NCBI RefSeq assembly: GCF_009914755.1
Contig: NC_060947.1
Strand: one strand, 5' to 3'
Origin: the human T2T-CHM13v2.0 reference genome, Homo sapiens
DNA length: 64,000 bases
In this document: positions 29,758-41,412 of the stretch, piece after piece
Numbering within the stretch: position 1 is the stretch's first letter
How the letters are laid out: each line of letters begins with the position of its first letter
The notes under the pieces: generated by a model
Databases searched by the model: none
What the model was told of the DNA's origin: nothing
Seen by the model: only the letters and a program-made list of their open reading frames with translations
Program-made: the position numbers and the translations under genes

Positions 29758-29858
29758 TCCAACATGAAGAAACAACATATATTGCAATTGCTTTGAAATC
29801 ATCAATTCACCTTTATGCATGGGCACCAAAGTCCTTTGATGAAAGCACTGCTATTAAA
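29758..29858 (+). CDS. NRK: NRK CNH exon (LQHEETTYIAIALKSSIHLYAWAPKSFDESTAIK)
   Basis: tatAG|TC, AAA|GTGAGT; conserved YAWAPK motif; ends phase 0. Confidence 0.95.
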
Positions 29859-29991
29859 GTGAGTGAGCTCCTTTTTCTTTGGATTATATGATTTTTTATT
29901 TTGAGAAGAAATTGTGAACAGAATCGTACCTTGGAATACAGATGCAGAAGTATATACCATTCTTCTATAGTTAATGAAATTTTGTTGTTAG

Positions 29992-30208
<217 letters not shown>

Positions 30209-30901
30209 ATGTAACTTGAATATACCATGTCAGTAATTACTGTTTAACCCTTTTTTAGACAATTCACAGGCATCACAGCAAGGGAGAATGCGAGGGAAAT
30301 CCCTGGCCCCTCCCCTTATAGGACCTCCCCACCAGCGCCTCACTCCCAATTCCTGTAGTCAATATGAAGACCTTCTCTTTCAGAGCCTCAAACACAGGCT
30401 TTGGGTGCCACCCCAATAAATTGAAGCTGAGAAAGTCCCTGTTTTCTCTTAGTGGGGGATAGAGAGCAGAGGGAAGGTAAAGAAAGGTATGGTAATGATA
30501 GAGGGGGAACACCCTTGGAGGAAAAAGGAGGGAAAAGAAAGCCTTTGCTCCAGTTACCATGGCCACAATATGTGGGTATGGGAAGGGGTTGGATGAGTCT
30601 ATATTCTTTCCAAGCTGGAACTCTAAACACATTTCTCTCTCTATCTATTAATATTGTGAGACATGGTGGTTAGGCTTACCAGTACTCTTTCTAACTTTAT
30701 TACAGTTTGGCTGAACTTCTATGGATAGGCCACATAAATAAACAATTGAGTGTCTTAAACAACTAACCTTAAAATGAGGGACTGTTTTTATCTAGAGTAA
30801 CTTACTTATAATGCTCCAGAATTCTACTTAAATGGAATTATTTTGTATTTATTCCATAGTAATGAGGGTTGACTAAAGAACTGGCAGCATTCTATCATGT
30901 C

Positions 30902-31086
30902 CAGTAGCTTCTAACCTAGGATGTATATCAGAATTAGCTGGAACATTTGGTAAAGGTTTAGATCTCAGACCCAACACCAGGCTGAATTAGTGGGTCTGGA
31001 GTAGGGTCTGGGAATTGATATTTTTAGCAGATGTTCCAGGTGATTTTTAACTAGTTGATCCATAGACAGGTTTTAACAAAGCACTG
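30902..31086. mobile_element. MER5-like hAT MITE remnant
   Basis: cagtagcttctaac...tcagaattagctgg...gggtctgggaatt...ccaggtgatt...gcactg. Confidence 0.55.
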
Positions 31087-31688
31087 ATAGGGACCCATCC
31101 TGACAGACGCAGCAAGGTATTCATGAAATACTTTTGTATCTTAAGTCAGGATCTGTTTACATGGTATATTTTGTAAGGGAACACATCACATGTATACAAT
31201 AAAGATGAGCAAATTCTTATGACTACCTGCCAATGTCTATTTGCATAATAACTATGTTCTTCTATAAATTATACAGATGACTGTATATACAGTCTGAGTC
31301 AACCCTAAGACAAATCACGTCACATCCCTGATCTGATCTCCCTAAATTGGGCCTTGGTTCAGCTGTCAGTATTTGGATATGGGTTTATTCTTGGGTGTCT
31401 GCTGATTGGTCAGAGCTGCCTGGTATGGAGCTGGAAAGCGAAGAAATAAGTACCAACAGTCTGTCTAGCCTGATACACAGTTCTTGTCCAAGTCCTCACT
31501 GCAGTTCTTGACTCCCACCTCACAACTACAGTATGTTGAATCCTGTGATGCTCAGTCCTCTACCGTGATCTGATCTTGGCAATGAATCCTGTTTGGCCTT
31601 TTGTTTTGGACTAGAAACCATAGGAGCCTAGAGTACATACCCAGTATATGGTAGGTTAACATGTCTGGCCCTTTTCATTCCCTACCAA

Positions 31689-31832
31689 GTATGCATTGAT
31701 CAATCAGCAGACTCTGAAGGAGACTACATGTCCTATCAAGCCTATATACGAATACTGGCAAAAATACAGGCAGCTGATCCAGTGAACCGGTTTAAGAGAC
31801 CAGATGAGCTCCTTCATTTGCTGAAGCTCAAG
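31689..31832 (+). CDS. NRK: Probable NRK cassette exon with non-canonical borders (VCIDQSADSEGDYMSYQAYIRILAKIQAADPVNRFKRPDELLHLLKLK)
   Basis: 144 nt, stop-free, phase 0/0; pyrimidine tract upstream but CAA|GTA instead of CAG|GTA; AAG|GCAAGG GC donor; peptide recalled from the reference NRK protein (unverified). Confidence 0.6.
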
Positions 31833-32131
31833 GCAAGGAACTTGAAGACAGCAAACAGAATGCAGGGTCATACAAGGCTCTTATGATCATTGCCAATCTG
31901 ACCTTTGAAGAGAAACTCAATATTTTGAAGCTATTGAACATAATTATTTCTTTGTTGTAATAACAGGTCTAAGAAAAACTGTAATACACAGGTCTCTAAA
32001 TACAATATGCCATTTTAAAAATCCACCTGGGTTTTGTACACTTATAAACCTGACAAAAGAGTGAGGGAATTTTTGCCTTAGTTAGAATGTCATTTTTGGC
32101 CTTTTGGCCATATTTGGTTTTATATTCACAG

Positions 32132-32281
32132 GTATTTCCAACACTTGATCATAAGCCAGTGACAGTTGACCTGGCTATTGGTTCTGAAAAAAGACTAAAG
32201 ATTTTCTTCAGCTCAGCAGATGGATATCACCTCATCGATGCAGAATCTGAGGTTATGTCTGATGTGACCCTGCCAAAGAAT
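32132..32281 (+). CDS. NRK: NRK CNH exon (VFPTLDHKPVTVDLAIGSEKRLKIFFSSADGYHLIDAESEVMSDVTLPKN)
   Basis: cacAG|GTA, AAT|GTAAGA; 150 nt; matches paralog HKPLLVDL...RLKVIYGS. Confidence 0.95.
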
Positions 32282-32995
32282 GTAAGATAACACCTTCAGA
32301 TTCCTAGAAATTATTGTATACCACCATTTGAGTTTTTCCAACTGTCAAAACTCTGAAAGGTTTAAAAATATGATTAGTAATGTCTATACCGGAACTGAGA
32401 CATAAAAGGTAAGTATAGAGTGCCAGAAAGTGGTCTTGCATAAACAAAAAACACTGATGATTCCTTAGTTTAGAAAGCTGAGTATATTCTGCAGATAGAT
32501 TTTGCTTGTCTTGCCTAATTTTTTTTTATTTTTAATGAATAAAGTTTACACTTAAACTCTGGACTTCTATTGCTACATCAGAAGACCAGATAGCATCAGT
32601 GCCACATTACTATCTAGCCATTATCAATTGGAATGTATTCATTCATAGCTCCTTTTAGATGGGATATGTGCTCTACATTCTCTACCCATTTATGTTTATA
32701 TATTTATAATAACTGACCATAAAGTGTATTTGATTTTGCAGTACTTGCTTTAGTTTTTCTGCACTTCACAATGCATTAACAAATTTTTAAAAAATACAAC
32801 ACCAGTATTGCAGCATTATTATGTGTATTCCTATTCTTTATTATATTACCTCAACAGTGACATAACAGCAAATTATCATAAAATGTTCTCTTATCTGGTT
32901 AATTATAGTTAGAATTTCTGATCAAAAGATTCAGCATTTTAAAAGCAGATACTCCTCAACTCTTAAATGCTTATATTTTGTGAAATACGGTGCAA

Positions 32996-33375
<380 letters not shown>

Positions 33376-35392
33376 TCACACACACCATACAAAATATAAT
33401 TCTACTGTGTCTCAAATTTGATGTTGGCAATGATGTTTGTCCTATTGAAATTTTTATTTTAAAGGAAGGCCTAAACCAACAGTTCTCTGCTTCACTATAT
33501 TTAAATTCCCAATTTTTAGACAACCAAAGTTTTAGCAGTTTAGCATTATACAAAAAGTCCAGGAGAAAACTTTGATGTATTTTCAAATTACTACAGTTGT
33601 GTGATATTTTGAACAGCTCTCAGAATTGTCTCATATGTCTCTAACAAATTACATAAACCAATTGTCAGGACATTAGTGGGGACAATTTTGTAAAACTCTT
33701 TTGGTCATATTAAAGATAATTAGCTTATTACTCAGTTGTTGCCCATGATTATATAGAAATCACACTGTTGATAATGTATAAAATACTGAACCAATCTTAG
33801 CCAAAGCCACTTAAACGTGAGGTCAAGTTAATTTTGATATAGCTATTGTTGTACTCTTCAGTTGGAGTGTCTTCCGTAGCTTCCTGCATCTCTCTTTTTT
33901 TTTTAAATGTTGCGTCAGATAGCTTTTATTAAGAAGCTAGTGCAGTATTGAACTTTGCAGCATTGGTCCATGTTTACACTTATTTGAAAAGTAATTCAGG
34001 AATGTTGACCCGCGTGTTTCACATGATTAATAAGCAAGGAAAGTTATTTCCTTTTGAAGCAATTTGTTAGTTAGAGATGAGTTCTTAAAAATCACTTTCT
34101 GACCCAATTAGGATACCTTGTGTATATTCAAAAATATTTTTAGCTAAATACTCTAGTGTCTTGACCCATTTAAAGAGAAAGGACTCTAATATCAGGGAGG
34201 GGGGTGTCTTCTGAGAAAGAATATAATAAAAATACTATTTTTCCAAGAGTGCTAGATTACAAAAGCTGTAATGATACAAGGGAACCATGTGTGCTAAAGA
34301 ATATCTAGTTACTTCAGGAATCATCTGAGAAGCATCTGAGGCTGTATGGATTTGCAGCAGTCCAGTTTTTTTCTAAACAGATTTTATTAAGACAACCTTC
34401 TTTCCTGCAATTTCTTTTACTCTCTTCCTTTATCTTTTTTTTCTGATTCAATTGCTCATGCAAGTGCCCAGGGAACGCATTAAAATTGCTTTTCGTCTCT
34501 GGATCCCCATTTTAGTTATAAGGATTGTTGTTGCTGGGACATGGCCTCAAGCACCTGGCCTGAGTACGCTGGGTTTGGCAAGTATAGTTTCTGACTTTTT
34601 TTTTTTTTTAATGTGCTAGTTTGAAGAAACCATAGAGGAACACAATTTTTCATTTGTAGGGAAATACTGTTAATGTGACAATATCTGTAGTTTAAGAAAA
34701 CTTTATTGCATTGTTTTATGCATCATGAAATTTAGAAATGCTTAGATATTTCTTAGTTTTTCATATTATGTCACCAAATATGTCTTTGAATGTGTATCTT
34801 AAGTGCATTTGAAATTATATTAATTGGAAAAGAAATTCTAACTTTTTTGCAAAGGGGGAAATGACTTAAAGTTATATTTCAAGCTGTGAAGACTATTATA
34901 AAGCTGTCCCTTGTAAACATTTTAAGCTTAAGCTATTTTTTAGATTAGTTTTCTATTTCTAATTTGAGTGAGTTGGCTGATAAGCAAGTATTGTATATTT
35001 GTTATTTGATTTGTACATTAATTACTAAAGTATTTATTAATGTGTTATCTTAAACCCAAGTCTATAACAAGTAGTGTTTCTTCTATTATGATACATAATA
35101 ATTTGTGAAATGTCAAGAAATCTCTTTGTGTTGGAAATACATCTTTGCTTTTTTAAAATAAGGCTTTCTCCTAATTATAAAGAAGAATATTTAACAGTTA
35201 TGAATTTATGACATAAAGAAAGCAGCTCTCTTCAAATATTGGATAGCATGCTTATTACTTTGGAAATAGAGGTTTCTCTTCCTCCTTGCTCTTTGAACCT
35301 CTTTTGGTCTTTATTGCTCTGCCAAGCTGCTTCGATTAAAGTAGTAGTGATAAAATATTGGACATATAAATCTTTATGAAACATAATTCCAG

Positions 35393-35552
35393 CCCCTGGA
35401 AATCATTATACCACAGAATATCATCATTTTACCTGATTGCTTGGGAATTGGCATGATGCTCACCTTCAATGCTGAAGCCCTCTCTGTGGAAGCAAATGAA
35501 CAACTCTTCAAGAAGATCCTTGAAATGTGGAAAGACATACCATCTTCTATAG
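35393..35552 (+). CDS. NRK: NRK CNH exon (PLEIIIPQNIIILPDCLGIGMMLTFNAE...WKDIPSSI)
   Basis: tccAG|CCC acceptor (in-frame alternative AG at 35415-35416), TAG|GTATGT donor; IIILP motif as in paralogs. Confidence 0.9.
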
Positions 35553-36342
35553 GTATGTATACAATTTATTTCTTCTTCAGGACCCCAGAGAAAATTTACA
35601 AGGGTAAAAAAGTGTCCTAAGAAAAGATTTCCTGAATTATTACATTTTCTTAAGACACATAAGATTAGTTTGGGGTTCTGCATAATTATTCTCTTAGTAA
35701 GGTGATGCCTGTATTTGTCCTATGCTTAATGAATTCGTGAGAGTACCACAAAGAGACTCATTTTGGTTATCTGAGTTATTTGCAATATTGTATAACTGAA
35801 ATGAGAGCTAATTCCTTTCCACAAAAATCTATAATTTTGTTTTAACTCCCTTTACTTGCAGACTTTACACAGATATTGGAAATGCTTCTTTTCATCACAC
35901 TGATTGTGGGGTTTATCTTTATCTTAGGAGACTGCCAACTAGTATAAAAGAGCCAAATACTTCTATTTTTTATAGTCAGTAGAGTTCTATTTTGTGAGTG
36001 ATATTCCTGTGAAGAATCAAATCATTTAGAAAAGTGACAGATATGACTGACTGGAGTGCTTGTTAGGTACCAACCACGTGGCAACAAAGAAAAATGCCTT
36101 TTCACCTTCATCAAACCAGGATATTTTTTTCTTCCTAGCCAAAGCAGGACTGCTGATCTGAGAAATCCAAATAATTTGAGATTCTTGTATATGTTCTGAG
36201 GCTCAGTGACCCCAGACGTGATTCTAGATAGGGAACATAATGCATACAAAAAGTAAATATATTAGAGAGAGTAGAATGATTAGCTGGAGGATAGCTATTA
36301 TAGAAAAGAGAAGTTTAATGGAGAAAATAAAGGAAAAAGGCA

Positions 36343-36345
<3 letters not shown>

Positions 36346-36391
<46 letters not shown>

Positions 36392-36408
36392 AGAGAGAGA
36401 GAGAGAGA
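36346..36408. repeat. Compound (TG)22(GA)9 microsatellite; (GA)n resumes at 36631-36660
   Basis: Direct reading. Confidence 0.95.
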
Positions 36409-36626
36409 CTTAACAATTGCATCAGATATTACTAAGTGTTCCCATTTCCAAAACATTGTGTCCCATCTCAGAAAGCAAGCTAGCTCAGTAGCTAGGTTAA
36501 GTGGCAGATGTAGGTGTTTTGGGACTAAGGTGGAAATTATGCGATGTCATATGAACTATGTACTTGGACTCAGCAAAAAGCCTTTGCTTTAGGTTTAGAA
36601 TTTTTAGTCTATGTTGTTGTTGACAA
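36409..36626 (+). repeat. 218-bp dispersed direct repeat, copy 1
   Basis: Ungapped alignment to 37493-37710 with 11 mismatches (~95%). Confidence 0.97.
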
Positions 36627-36629
36627 CAT

Positions 36630-36660
<31 letters not shown>

Positions 36661-37492
36661 TGGTCTGTCAAATGAGAAGGCAGATGCTTCTGAGATCTCT
36701 ATAAAATGACTAAATATGATCCTCATGTGGCTTTAAGGACCATTTTGAAAGAACTGCTTTTTAATGAACATTTTTTATATGGGATGATGGCACTTTGCAT
36801 TGCATCTGCAGAATCCTTCTTCTTTTTTTTTTTTTCATATATAGTCAGTTTAAGGATTGTCCTGAAAACCTGCTCCAATTTCCTCAAACAAGTAAGAACT
36901 CACAGAGGTTTTAAAACCACTTTAAGTGACAGAAGATAAATGCTTACAGTATAATTGACAGATTCGGGGCAAAAGAAAGTAAAAATAATGACTCATGTTC
37001 TATCCTTTACAGTGGTACTTTTGTGATCGATATGCTAATCAGAAATGGTTATAAGGAAATTCAGTTCAAATAGGAAACTGAACAAACCCTTATATTTATG
37101 CCAGTAGACAATCATAAGGGTCAAAGGGATCTTGAGAAGTCATCTGGTGCAGCTCTTGTCCTCAGACAGGACAACTTCTGACCTAAAACAAAAAAAAGCT
37201 ACTTTAAGTTGCTAGAATTTGAAAGACAGCTACACGTAAAATAAATTACAGTACTATAAGAACATGATACTTTAGTTTGTATATTAAGGATATTTTGAGA
37301 GTATGCTAAAGACTGTCATATAACACTGATATTAAGGAGATCAATTACTGTATTATTCTGTCTACAAACAACTGCTTTGTTATTTAAAACTAATTCAGAT
37401 CCAGATTTCCCCAATTTAAATTTTATGTTTTCTTAAGTTATAATAAATGTGTTCAAATCATTGCTCTCCATTTCCAAACAAATATGTACAGG

Positions 37493-37710
37493 CTTAACAA
37501 TTGCATCAGGTATTACTAAGTGTTCCCACTTCCAAATCATTGTGTTTCATCTCAGAAAGCAAGCTAGCTCAGTAGCTAGGTTAAGTGGCAGATGTAGGTG
37601 TTTTGGGACTACGGTGGAAATTATGCGATGCCATATGAACTATGTACTTGGACTCAGCAAAAAGCCTGTGCTTTAAGTTTAGAATTTTTGATCTATGTTG
37701 TTGTTGACAA
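37493..37710 (+). repeat. 218-bp dispersed direct repeat, copy 2 (probable source)
   Basis: Same alignment; embedded in unique flanks. Confidence 0.97.
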
Positions 37711-38457
37711 AAATATCATTTTTAATAAAGTAGTCACATAGGTGAAGAAATTCAACTCTAGATAGACTAGATCTGTTACTTGTTCCCAACCCTCTGGAGA
37801 CTGATTTTCCTTATTTCCCTTATATCTGGAGTTATTTTAATTCTAGTCTGAAATTTGACTTATAAAGTCTTCTTCCAGGATAACCATTTTTCTTAGTCAA
37901 CTTATTCCTTTTATAATAGAAAAAATGAAAAATCAAAGTAATTAATTGAATTCTGATTTTAATCATGTTAATATGAGAATGAAGATGCCTTATTTTGTTG
38001 TTTCCTAGACTATTTTAATTTGAGTTTAAAATCTTGATATTATTTTAAATGTCAGGATTTTATTTACTTATGGAATTTTTCCCCATGAAGTACATAAAGA
38101 ATATTAAATTGAAAGTTAAAAATGTAATAATAGTGCTGTTCCTTGTGTCAAAAAATACCTTGCAGCACCAGCTGACTGACTGTTTACACAATTAGGTTTA
38201 AGGCAATTATTGTCATAATCTATATTTGTCACAAAGTATTATAAAATAGAGTCAAAAAAGTTAAAATCTTAATAAATATTTCCTGAGCAGGAAAAAACCT
38301 TAAGAATATCAAATTAGCTTTGGTTCTGCTTACAACATGATAATTTATTGAATTGCATTAGGGTTGCTACAGTCATTATTTGAGCAAGTCATTTTTTAAC
38401 TATTTTAATTTTTGAGAGTCAGGTTTTCATGTACGTCACTGGAGCACAAATATACAC

Positions 38458-38480
38458 CCTTATTAGGAGCCCTTATTAGG
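38458..38480. promoter_or_regulatory. Two tandem perfect CArG boxes (CCTTATTAGG x2)
   Basis: CC(A/T)6GG at 38458-38467 and 38471-38480; motif only, function untested. Confidence 0.35.
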
Positions 38481-38845
38481 AATGCTGTATGTCACTTAGA
38501 CTATAAAATGAAGAGTGGCTGTGAGTAGATCACAATGTCTACAAATGGGATAGAATTAGTTCTTAGCTTTTTCTATGGTCTTAGAGGATATGAATACAAG
38601 AATTAAATAACTGAGACCTGGTAATTAAATGTTGATTACAATGGTGCCTTTAGATAGCCAGTTTGAACACCACTCTTGAGCAGCAAAATGGCCAAACAAC
38701 TGACTACAGGAGGGAAAAACAGGATGTGCTAACCTGAACTGTAACAATGAGCCTCTTAATAAACAAACATTGACTGTAGTTATAATTTTCTATGATGGCC
38801 AGAAAGATTTTGTGTTTTTCTGATTTTTTTTCATTTGTATTGTAG

Positions 38846-38985
38846 CTTTTGAATGTACACAGCGAACCACAGGATGGGGCCAAAAGGCCATTGAAGTGCG
38901 CTCTTTGCAATCCAGGGTTCTGGAAAGTGAGCTGAAGCGCAGGTCAATTAAGAAGCTGAGATTCCTGTGCACCCGGGGTGACAAG
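38846..38985 (+). CDS. NRK: NRK CNH exon (AFECTQRTTGWGQKAIEVRSLQSRVLESELKRRSIKKLRFLCTRGDK)
   Basis: tgtAG|CT, AAG|GTATAG; matches paralog GWGEKAIEIRS and LKFLCERNDK. Confidence 0.95.
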
Positions 38986-39384
38986 GTATAGCTTACACCC
39001 TCCAGTTACAGCAAAAATAACGCAACCATTGAAAATGAACCAACAAAAGAAATTTCTGTCCTTTTCCTTCTGGCTATAAATATATTTGTGGTATATTTTT
39101 TCAAACTGGCATACTATTGATTAAAAAACAATTTTATATTTTGCAGTAGAAACGCTAATTTGGTAAGTGATGAAATTTGGTTTCAAAAGAAGCTCATTTT
39201 GAAAAAAATAAGAAAAAATTCTAGTTATGTCTTAAGCAAAGCTTAGCCATTATTTTATTTGGTTCGAAATCCTTTATTGTCTTTGATTCATAGTACCTTT
39301 CATGTTCATATTAAAATGATATTTTTAAACAAAATGCTTGAGCAAATCTGCCTTTTATAGCTTTCAACATAATTCAATAACAGA

Positions 39385-39560
39385 AGGAAAATGTACTTAT
39401 GTTTACTGAGCACTTAATTGTATAGTAGGCCTTGTGCTAGATACTTTAACAGCTATCTCAATTGATCTTCACAAGTGGGTGTTATGATGTTTATTTTGCA
39501 GAAAATAAAAATAAAATCAAGATCTGGCAATTATTTGTATAATTTGATCAATTTTAACAA
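39385..39560 (-). mobile_element. MIR remnant
   Basis: tttactgagcactta...ttgtgctagatacttta...atctcaattgatcttcacaa...attttgcagaaaa. Confidence 0.6.
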
Positions 39561-39789
39561 CTAATTCAAATAGTTTAGATGGAAAATTTCATGGTGTAAG
39601 ATTATTACCATTCCTACCTATTATAGGAAATAATAGTGTGAAGAAATAGTCCTAATAGGATTAGGAAACATTCATGTTGAGAAGAGATTGCAGAGGGTTT
39701 GAGTTAATATCAGAACAGCCAGGGTAAAGCACTGTATGTCAAGCAAAGTTGCCAACTTACAATGTGAAGAGATGAAATGGCAAAAACCT

Positions 39790-39990
39790 GTGTTTCAGGT
39801 CAGCGAGACCTAGAATGCAGTCCTGGCTCTAACCAGGACTAACCAGGTTAGAGAACCTGAGAAGTTTGATTAATCTTTCTGATCCTTAGTTCCTTCATCT
39901 CCAAAATAGAAATATTAATAACTGCTTTGGGAACAATTGTGACAACTAGTCATATCTGTAAGCATCTCACAGATTGCCTGTAACATCAGA
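39790..39990 (+). mobile_element. MIR remnant
   Basis: gagacctagaatgcagtcctggctct...taatctttctgatccttagttccttcatctccaaaatagaaat. Confidence 0.6.
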
Positions 39991-40682
39991 TATGTTAAGT
40001 CAAGAATGACTAGCATATCTTTTAAAAAAATTACAATGTTGTCTCTTTATTATGAGGTAAAATACTTACTATGAAATGTAAAATGCTGTTTTCATATACA
40101 CTTAAAGCCCTGCATCCCCCTCTGTATAGAGCAAACTCTGTAAAGGTTTATGAAGATTTTTATTTAATTGGGTATAAAGCAGATCTTAGAAGAGTTAAGC
40201 GAGGGCATTTTAAATTTTATTTAACTCAGTATAATCATATAATTTTTTCTTAAAAGATTATTTGTTTTCTTGATGACTACTAACCGAAGTAACTATGATT
40301 GCTGCCTTTGTCTAATAATATTAAATATTTTTAATATTTAAATTTTAATAATTTCAAATATTATCTTTTATCAAGCAAAATGTACAGTTACATACACTGT
40401 AAGCTCACAGTATCACAAATTAGAGACTCCCTGCTTCCCTTTGTCACACCTAGTGTATCTTATCATCATCATTATGTCACAAAATCTCCTAAATATAGCC
40501 ACTGTGGATGTCAAAAGCCTTAGTCCTAACAAGGAGACATTTGTTTGATATTTATGTGCATATTTTGTTATAATTTTCTTTATGGTACAGACCACATTTA
40601 CACAACATGTCCCTCTCTAAGCCACTGGGTTTAACTCATTTTATCAATCTATTGATGTCCATTTTGCTGAGATAGAAAATTG

Positions 40683-40880
40683 CATGAGTGGATGTTAAGT
40701 GCTCTCACCATAAAAATGATAACCACATGAGGTGATACATTTGTTAATTAACAAGATTTAACAATTCCACAGTGTATATGGACTTCAAAACATCATTTTG
40801 TTTGTGATAAAAACATACAGTATTATCTGTCTGTTAAATTTTTTAATATTAAAAAATAATGAAAAGAAAAAAAAAGAAAA
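40683..40880 (+). mobile_element. Short L1MA 3' end with A tail
   Basis: gagtggatgttaagtgctctcaccataaaaatgataac...ggtgat...caattccacagtgtata; candidate TSD agaaaattg at 40674-40682 and 40875-40883. Confidence 0.7.
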
Positions 40881-41316
40881 TTGTACCAAGTAGAAAATTT
40901 CAATGGCTTCTTAAATATAAGCAGCAATGGTAAACAACACCTAAATAATTTGTTTCCTTATATTAAAAGAAAAGCCAACTGGAATATAAGTAGATTATTG
41001 TTTTAAAAAGCAAAGAATTATTGCCCAAAAATAATCAAGAACTTCAGCAAATGAAGGCCACCTACGAAATTACTAATTTTATTTAACCATATAAATTATA
41101 ATTATGTAGACTATAGTAAAAGGGTTGTTTTAAAAATGTATAAATTAGACTTCAAACTAAAGTAAACTCATTCTTTCATTTGAAAAACAAACTATTCCAC
41201 AAAACAGTAAGGCTTAATATCTTAATTAGCAGATGCAGATAAAATTATAGTTATATGAAATATCTGGTTGCAATGTATTAAATATCTGTTGACAGTGTAT
41301 TTCTTTCTTTTTCAAG

Positions 41317-41412
41317 CTGTTCTTTACCTCTACCCTGCGCAATCACCACAGCCGGGTTTACTTCATGACACTTGGAAAACTTGAAGAGCTCCAAAGCAAT
41401 TATGATGTCTAA
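41317..41412 (+). CDS. NRK: NRK last coding exon (LFFTSTLRNHHSRVYFMTLGKLEELQSNYDV*)
   Basis: Pyrimidine tract + tcaAG|CTG; TAA at 41410-41412; matches paralog VFFAS...QVYFMTL. Confidence 0.95.
   Translation: MFFTSTLRNHHSRVYFMTLGKLEELQSNYDV

Noticed and set aside
30273-30673. 119-aa, 80-aa and 73-aa ORFs in a purine-rich patch
   Set aside because: Low-complexity composition explains the lack of stops; no homology recognised
36350-37676. Two similar 75-80 aa ORFs as a duplicated microprotein family
   Set aside because: Similarity comes from the 218-bp duplication; one ORF starts inside a (TG)n repeat; no promoter or splice support
40310-40365. AT-only quasi-palindrome
   Set aside because: Low-complexity AT sequence is self-complementary by chance
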